Of a stretch of DNA of 64,000 bases, positions 58,962 through 64,000 are shown one piece after another. The stretch comes from Fidelibacterota bacterium (GTDB taxonomy: Bacteria > Fidelibacterota > Fidelibacteria > Fidelibacterales > DSDE01), in NCBI GenBank assembly GCA_046735395.1, contig JBJKQR010000072.1, positions 1 through 64,000 on the forward strand, given 5' to 3'. The notes beneath the pieces were generated by a model. It worked only from the letters and a program-made list of their open reading frames with translations. It did not search any database and was not told the origin of the DNA. Numbering within the stretch: position 1 is the first letter of the stretch; every line of letters starts with the position of its first letter. Both the position numbers and the translations under genes were made by a program.

Positions 58962-61034
58962 TTGGATATAAAGAGTTTTTTAGCCAGGGATGAGAAGAAA
59001 GATCTCCTCAGATTATTAACTGCCGGCTCGGTGGATGATGGAAAATCCACGCTTATAGGCCGGCTGCTCTACGATTCGAAGATGCTGTATGAAGATCAGC
59101 TGTCTTCCCTGGAACGCGACAGCAAGCGAATGGGGCATGCAGGAGAGGAAATTGATTATGCCCTGCTGCTGGATGGCCTGAAAGCTGAGCGGGAGCAGGG
59201 GATCACCATTGATGTGGCCTACCGGTATTTTTCCACCAATAAGCGGAAATTCATCATCGCGGATACGCCCGGGCATGAACAGTACACGCGGAATATGGCG
59301 ACCGGCGGATCCACCGCGAATCTGGCCATTATTCTCACTGATGCAACCCAGGGCGTGCTGGTTCAGACCAAACGCCATACTTTCATCGCTTCGCTGCTCG
59401 GGATAAAACATATTGTCCTGGCGGTGAACAAAATGGATCTGGTCGATTTCAGTGAAAACGGGTTCGATGAGATCGTGGAGGAATACAAGCAGTTCATCAC
59501 CCGTCTGAATATCCCGGATGTGCATTTCATCCCCCTGTCGGCCCTGAAGGGTGACAATGTGGTGGATAAAAGTGTGCGGACGCCCTGGTATGACGGCCCC
59601 AGTTTGTTGAAGTATCTGGAGAATATTCCCATCACCAGTGACCGGAATTTCGTGGATATGCGCTTCCCCGTGCAATATGTCAATCGGCCAGACCGGGACT
59701 TCCGGGGATTTGCCGGAACCCTGGCCAGCGGTATACTGCGGGTCGGTGATGAAATCATGGCTCTGCCATCCAGAAAAACATCCAAGGTGACCTCCATTAT
59801 CCATACAGATGAAAGCCAGCCTCTCGCCAAGATCGCAAAGATAGAAAATAATGAAAAAAATAACTTTGCGGTCTCCGCGGGCTTTGCGAGAAGTAATTCT
59901 TATGCGTTTCCGCCTCAGGCAATAACCGTCACATTGGAAGATGAAATTGATATCTCCCGTGGGGAGATGATCGTACATCCCAATAATATTCCCCACACCG
60001 AGCGTCGCTTCGAAGCCATGGTCCTCTGGATGGACGAGCAGCCCTGCGATGTGAATACGCACTTCTTCATCAAACATACCACAAACAGCAGCAAGGCGAA
60101 AATTGATACCATCCGCTACTTCGTCGATGTGAATACGCTGAGAAAAACAAAGATTGAGGATAAGCCGGACCCGAGCTCAACCTCAACCTCAACCTCAACC
60201 TCAACCTCAACCTTAACCTTAAACTTAAACTCCATCTCCCGCTGTGTCATTACGACAGCACGCCCCTTGTTTTTTGATCCCTATGAGAAGAATAAGGCCA
60301 CAGGTTCCTTTATTCTGATTGATCCCATCACCCACAATACATCCGCCGTCGGCATGATCCTGGACCGTGTCTCCGCCGAGGAGCTTCCAGTACGGATTAC
60401 AGGTAAAGAAAATTCTCTCGCAAAGCACGCAGAGCTCGCAGAGAAAGAAAATAATAAAAATCTTAACTTTGCGCCCTTTGCGAGAGGAAGGATTTCTCTT
60501 GAGGAGAGAATCAATGCAATGGATCAGACAGCAAAAACTATCTGGATCACCGGTCTCCACGGCAGCGGAAAGGTGGATCTGGCCTATGCTCTGGAACGGG
60601 AATTGTTTGAACAGGGGAAGACGGTGGTAGTTCTGGATGGCCAGAGTATCCGCAGCGGCCTCTCCCGGGAACTGGATTTTACGCCGGAGGACCGGGCCGA
60701 AAATCTGCGCCGGGTGGCCGAAACCGCCAAGATCCTGAATGATCATAACATCATCGTGATTGCCGCTTTTATTTCACCTCAGCGGATTATCCGGCAGCAG
60801 ATGAAGGATATTATCGGCCGGGACCGGTTTTTGGAAATTTATACTGAGGCCAGCCTGGACCATTGCCGCAAACACGATCCGGGCGGATTGTATGAAAAGG
60901 CGGATAAAGGACTGGTGCGATTGCTTCCGGGTATTGATATGAGTTATGACGAACCAGAAAATCCAGAATTACAATTCAATACGATACGAGATAATTTGCC
61001 GGAAGCAGTACAGAAGTGTATTGATAAACTATGA
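58962..61034 (+). CDS. cysN: Sulfate adenylyltransferase subunit 1 fused to an APS-kinase-like domain (CysN/CysC), with three repeat-derived in-frame insertions
   Basis: [30 protein letters not shown]-terminal [13 protein letters not shown] start after GAGAGG. Confidence 0.95.
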   Translation: MDIKSFLARDEKKDLLRLLTAGSVDDGKSTLIGRLLYDSKMLYEDQLSSLERDSKRMGHAGEEIDYALLLDGLKAEREQGITIDVAYRYFSTNKRKFIIADTPGHEQYTRNMATGGSTANLAIILTDATQGVLVQTKRHTFIASLLGIKHIVLAVNKMDLVDFSENGFDEIVEEYKQFITRLNIPDVHFIPLSALKGDNVVDKSVRTPWYDGPSLLKYLENIPITSDRNFVDMRFPVQYVNRPDRDFRGFAGTLASGILRVGDEIMALPSRKTSKVTSIIHTDESQPLAKIAKIENNEKNNFAVSAGFARSNSYAFPPQAITVTLEDEIDISRGEMIVHPNNIPHTERRFEAMVLWMDEQPCDVNTHFFIKHTTNSSKAKIDTIRYFVDVNTLRKTKIEDKPDPSSTSTSTSTSTSTLTLNLNSISRCVITTARPLFFDPYEKNKATGSFILIDPITHNTSAVGMILDRVSAEELPVRITGKENSLAKHAELAEKENNKNLNFAPFARGRISLEERINAMDQTAKTIWITGLHGSGKVDLAYALERELFEQGKTVVVLDGQSIRSGLSRELDFTPEDRAENLRRVAETAKILNDHNIIVIAAFISPQRIIRQQMKDIIGRDRFLEIYTEASLDHCRKHDPGGLYEKADKGLVRLLPGIDMSYDEPENPELQFNTIRDNLPEAVQKCIDKL

Positions 61035-61035
61035 T

Positions 61036-61415
61036 ACCTGCCCCGGAAATTCGCCGGCAGACTAGTTGCCCGTCTTCGTTTCACTTCGACGTGGCAAGAA
61101 AGGCATAAGGCGCAAGGACAAAGGCATAAGAAAAATATCAAGAAGATCGGTTTTCATTTGCAGTTATAATCCATAGTTTCTTCCTCGCCTACGCAAAATC
61201 AGTCGCGTGTTATGAAACCGAGGACTTCCTTTCATAGCACGGTAGTTTTTCGTTTCTTCCTCAACCTCAACCTCAACCTCAACCTCAACCTCAACCTTAA
61301 CCTTAATTTTAATCTTCCTTCGCGAACTTTGCGGTCGGCGTTAACCCCGCTGTTTTAAGCGGGGCGAGAAATTTTCTTCCGCATCAACACGCCAGCCCCC
61401 AACCCTCCAACCCTA
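61036..61415. repeat. Third mosaic of orphan arms and hairpins
   Basis: Hairpin element 61066-61097, heptamers 61101-61135, (CTCAAC)6 at 61260-61295, block similar to 49695-49770. Confidence 0.85.
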
Positions 61416-61430
61416 AAACGGACACAGATA

Positions 61431-62891
61431 ATGTCTGAATCATCCTTAAAAAACCTCACCGTCAACGGGCTCTTCTGGAGTGTCGTGGATAATTATGCCA
61501 CCTATGGAATCCAGTTCGTTGTCGGTATAATCCTTGCCCGTCTTCTGACCCCCAGGGAATATGGCCTGCTGGGAATGATTCTCATATTCATTGCCCTGTC
61601 TCAGGCCATTATGAACAGTGGTTTCAGCAATGCACTTATTAAGAAGCACGCGTGTAGCCAGGAGGATTATTCCACAGTTTTTTATTACAATCTGCTGGCC
61701 GGGATACTGATGATGCTTCTGTTGTGGTTTGCAGCACCGGCTGTAAGCCGTTTTTTCCATGAAGAGGAATTGATACGCATTCTCCGCGTTCTGTCCATTG
61801 TGCTGATCGTCAATGCCCTGTCCATTGTACATCGCACCCATCTCATTATCCGGATTGATTTTCGTCTGCAGGCCCGGATATCGGTGATATCATCGACCCT
61901 CTCCGGACTGCTTGCCATCGGGCTGGCCTACCGGGGCTTCGGTGTCTGGAGCCTGGTTTTTCAGCAGCTGAGCAGACAGGTTCTGGTTTCCATTCTGCTA
62001 TGGGTATGGAATACCTGGCATCCTTCCCTCGTATTCAGCCGCCAGTCCTTCCGGGAACTTTTTGGCTTCGGCAGCCGGCTGATGCTGACCAGCCTCATTG
62101 ATACGGCCTATCAGCATATTTACTATATTGTGATTGGTAAATATTTTGCAGCTGCGGAGCTGGGCTACTACACCCGTGCTGATCAGTTCCGGAATTTTGC
62201 GTCCCGAAATATCACGACTGTGATTCAGCGGGTGACTTTCCCGGTTCTGTCGTCGGTTCAGAACGATGTGGAGAGGTTGAAAAATTACTATACCACCATT
62301 ATTCGCAGCACCATGTTCATCGCGTTCAGTCTCATGATAGGACTGGCCGCTGTAGCCCGGCCTTTCGTCCTGGCTCTGATCGGAGAAAAATGGCTTCCCT
62401 CCGTTCCTTATCTGCAGCTTTTGTGCTTTGCCGGAATGCTGTTTCCCCTTAATGCGATTAATCTGAACATGCTCATGGTTCAGGGCCGCTCAGATCTGTT
62501 TCTGAATCTGGAAATCATAAAGAAGATCCTGGCTGTGCCCACCATTATACTGGGTGTGATATGGGGTATAAAAGTCATGATCTGGGGCATGATCATCAAT
62601 TCAATCATCGCATATTATCTGAATTCGTACTGGAGCGGGAAAAAAATCGGGTATTCCATGGCCGCCCAGATTCTGGACATTCTGCCGTCCCTGCTGCTTG
62701 CCGCTGTGATGGGAATCGGCGTTTCCGCCCTCGGACGGATTCTGTCCTTCACTCCGGCACTGAATCTGGTCATCATGATCCTGGCCGGATTTGCCTTTGT
62801 CCTGCTGGCAGGCGAGCTGCTGAAACTGCGTGATTACCGTTTCCTGAAACAGACGGCTACAGATAAACTGAAAACATTCCGGAAACCGTGA
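61431..62891 (+). CDS. Polysaccharide flippase, WzxC-like
   Basis: LARLLTPREYG, GFGVWSLV, LGYYTRA, GEKWLPSVP; many TM segments. Confidence 0.9.
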   Translation: MSESSLKNLTVNGLFWSVVDNYATYGIQFVVGIILARLLTPREYGLLGMILIFIALSQAIMNSGFSNALIKKHACSQEDYSTVFYYNLLAGILMMLLLWFAAPAVSRFFHEEELIRILRVLSIVLIVNALSIVHRTHLIIRIDFRLQARISVISSTLSGLLAIGLAYRGFGVWSLVFQQLSRQVLVSILLWVWNTWHPSLVFSRQSFRELFGFGSRLMLTSLIDTAYQHIYYIVIGKYFAAAELGYYTRADQFRNFASRNITTVIQRVTFPVLSSVQNDVERLKNYYTTIIRSTMFIAFSLMIGLAAVARPFVLALIGEKWLPSVPYLQLLCFAGMLFPLNAINLNMLMVQGRSDLFLNLEIIKKILAVPTIILGVIWGIKVMIWGMIINSIIAYYLNSYWSGKKIGYSMAAQILDILPSLLLAAVMGIGVSALGRILSFTPALNLVIMILAGFAFVLLAGELLKLRDYRFLKQTATDKLKTFRKP

Positions 62892-62986
62892 TATCAGCTG
62901 ACCTGCGGCGGCTCTCCGCATTCAGAATAGAATCAGACATCAGGCCCTGTCCGGGCCGGGAATCCAAATAACTGATAGGCAAAATC

Positions 62987-64000
62987 ATGAAAAAACCTGT
63001 GTATGTAACCCAACCGGCCCTGCCTCCCTTTGAAGATTTCACGGACATGCTGAAGCAGGTGTGGGACTCAAAGGTCCTGACCAATAACGGCCCCTTTCAC
63101 CGGCAGTTTGAAGCCGCGGTTGCGGAATATCTGGGAGTCCGCCATATATCCCTTTTTTCCAACGGGACACTCGCTCTCATGACGGCGCTGCAGGCGCTGC
63201 GCATCAGCGGGGAAGTGATTACGACACCCTACAGTTTTGTGGCAACGACTCATTCGCTCTGGTGGAATAATATCACGCCGGTGTTTGCCGATATTGATCC
63301 TGTGACCTTCAATCTGTCTCCGGAAAAGGCGGAGGCGGCCATCACGCCCCGGACTACTGCCATCATGCCGGTTCACGTCTACGGAACACCCTGTGTTGTG
63401 GATGCCTTTCAGAATCTGGCGGATACGTACGGACTGCGGCTCATCTATGATGCGGCTCATGCTTTCGGCGTGACACTGAAGGGACAGTCGGTCCTGAATT
63501 TCGGAGATCTGTCCGTTCTCAGTTTTCATGCCACGAAAGTCTTCAATACCTTCGAAGGCGGTGCCATCGTCTGCCATGATGAAAAAACCAAGAAACATAT
63601 CGATTACCTGAAAAATTTCGGATTTGCCAATGAGACAACGGTCATCGAACCGGGAATCAATGCCAAAATGAATGAAATACAGTCGATTACCGGCTTGTTG
63701 CAGCTGAAGCATATTGATGAATATATCCGTCAGAGAGCTGATGTGGTTCGCGAATACCGGTCCCGTCTCGCCGGCCTGCCGGGGATTTCGTTTCCGCAGG
63801 ACCTGCCGGATATCCGTCCCAACTATGCCTATTTCCCCATTTTCATTGACCGCAGCGTTTATGGCCGAAGCCGGGATGACCTCTATGAATTTCTGAAGCA
63901 GAATGAGATCTTCGGACGCCGCTATTTTTACCCGCTGATCAGCGATTTTCCCATGTACCGCGGACTGCCCAGCGCCGGAGCAGGAAAGCTCCCTGTTGCG
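62987..64000 (+). CDS. DegT/DnrJ/EryC1 sugar aminotransferase, VioA-like; runs off the window end
   Basis: Translated by hand: MKKPVYVTQPALPP..LTNNGPFH, YDAAHAFG, SFHATKVFNTFEGG, GINAKMNE. Confidence 0.9.
   Translation, partial: MKKPVYVTQPALPPFEDFTDMLKQVWDSKVLTNNGPFHRQFEAAVAEYLGVRHISLFSNGTLALMTALQALRISGEVITTPYSFVATTHSLWWNNITPVFADIDPVTFNLSPEKAEAAITPRTTAIMPVHVYGTPCVVDAFQNLADTYGLRLIYDAAHAFGVTLKGQSVLNFGDLSVLSFHATKVFNTFEGGAIVCHDEKTKKHIDYLKNFGFANETTVIEPGINAKMNEIQSITGLLQLKHIDEYIRQRADVVREYRSRLAGLPGISFPQDLPDIRPNYAYFPIFIDRSVYGRSRDDLYEFLKQNEIFGRRYFYPLISDFPMYRGLPSAGAGKLPVA

Noticed and set aside
1..64000. rRNA, tRNA or transposase genes
   Set aside because: None recognised by eye; a tRNAscan-SE/Infernal/ISfinder run would be needed to exclude them.

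Overview
Bacterial chromosomal window, probably from an FCB-superphylum diderm outside classic Bacteroidetes (PorU, UpxY, region-1.1-less sigma70); this taxonomic call is a low-confidence inference. Positions 1-36.9 kb and 38.2-49.2 kb are ordinary housekeeping and metabolic genes: mltF, thiolase/hbd, phoH, plsX, sigma70, ddl, cysS, D-lactate dehydrogenase, upxY-epimerase-porU-maf, ackA, agcS, DAK2-DegV, plsY, cysteine synthase and glgP. Positions 50.2-64 kb are a sulfate-activation (cysQ/cysC/cysD/cysNC) plus surface-polysaccharide locus. The most striking signal is in that locus. Small AT-rich genes (two four-helix-bundle/IVP-Avd-like genes and two GxxExxY PD-(D/E)xK-like genes) sit between the cys genes, each bracketed by its own inverted array of short-period repeats (7-, 6- or 9-nt period). 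Gene-less arm pairs of the same types occur between genes and three times in frame inside cysN. Orphan arms and nested hairpin elements pile up in mosaic intergenic regions at 36.9-38.2, 49.3-50.1 and 61.0-61.4 kb. This looks like an undescribed class of mobile mini-cassettes with MITE-like derivatives; the mechanism is inference only. All family assignments come from motif recognition by eye, with no database search.
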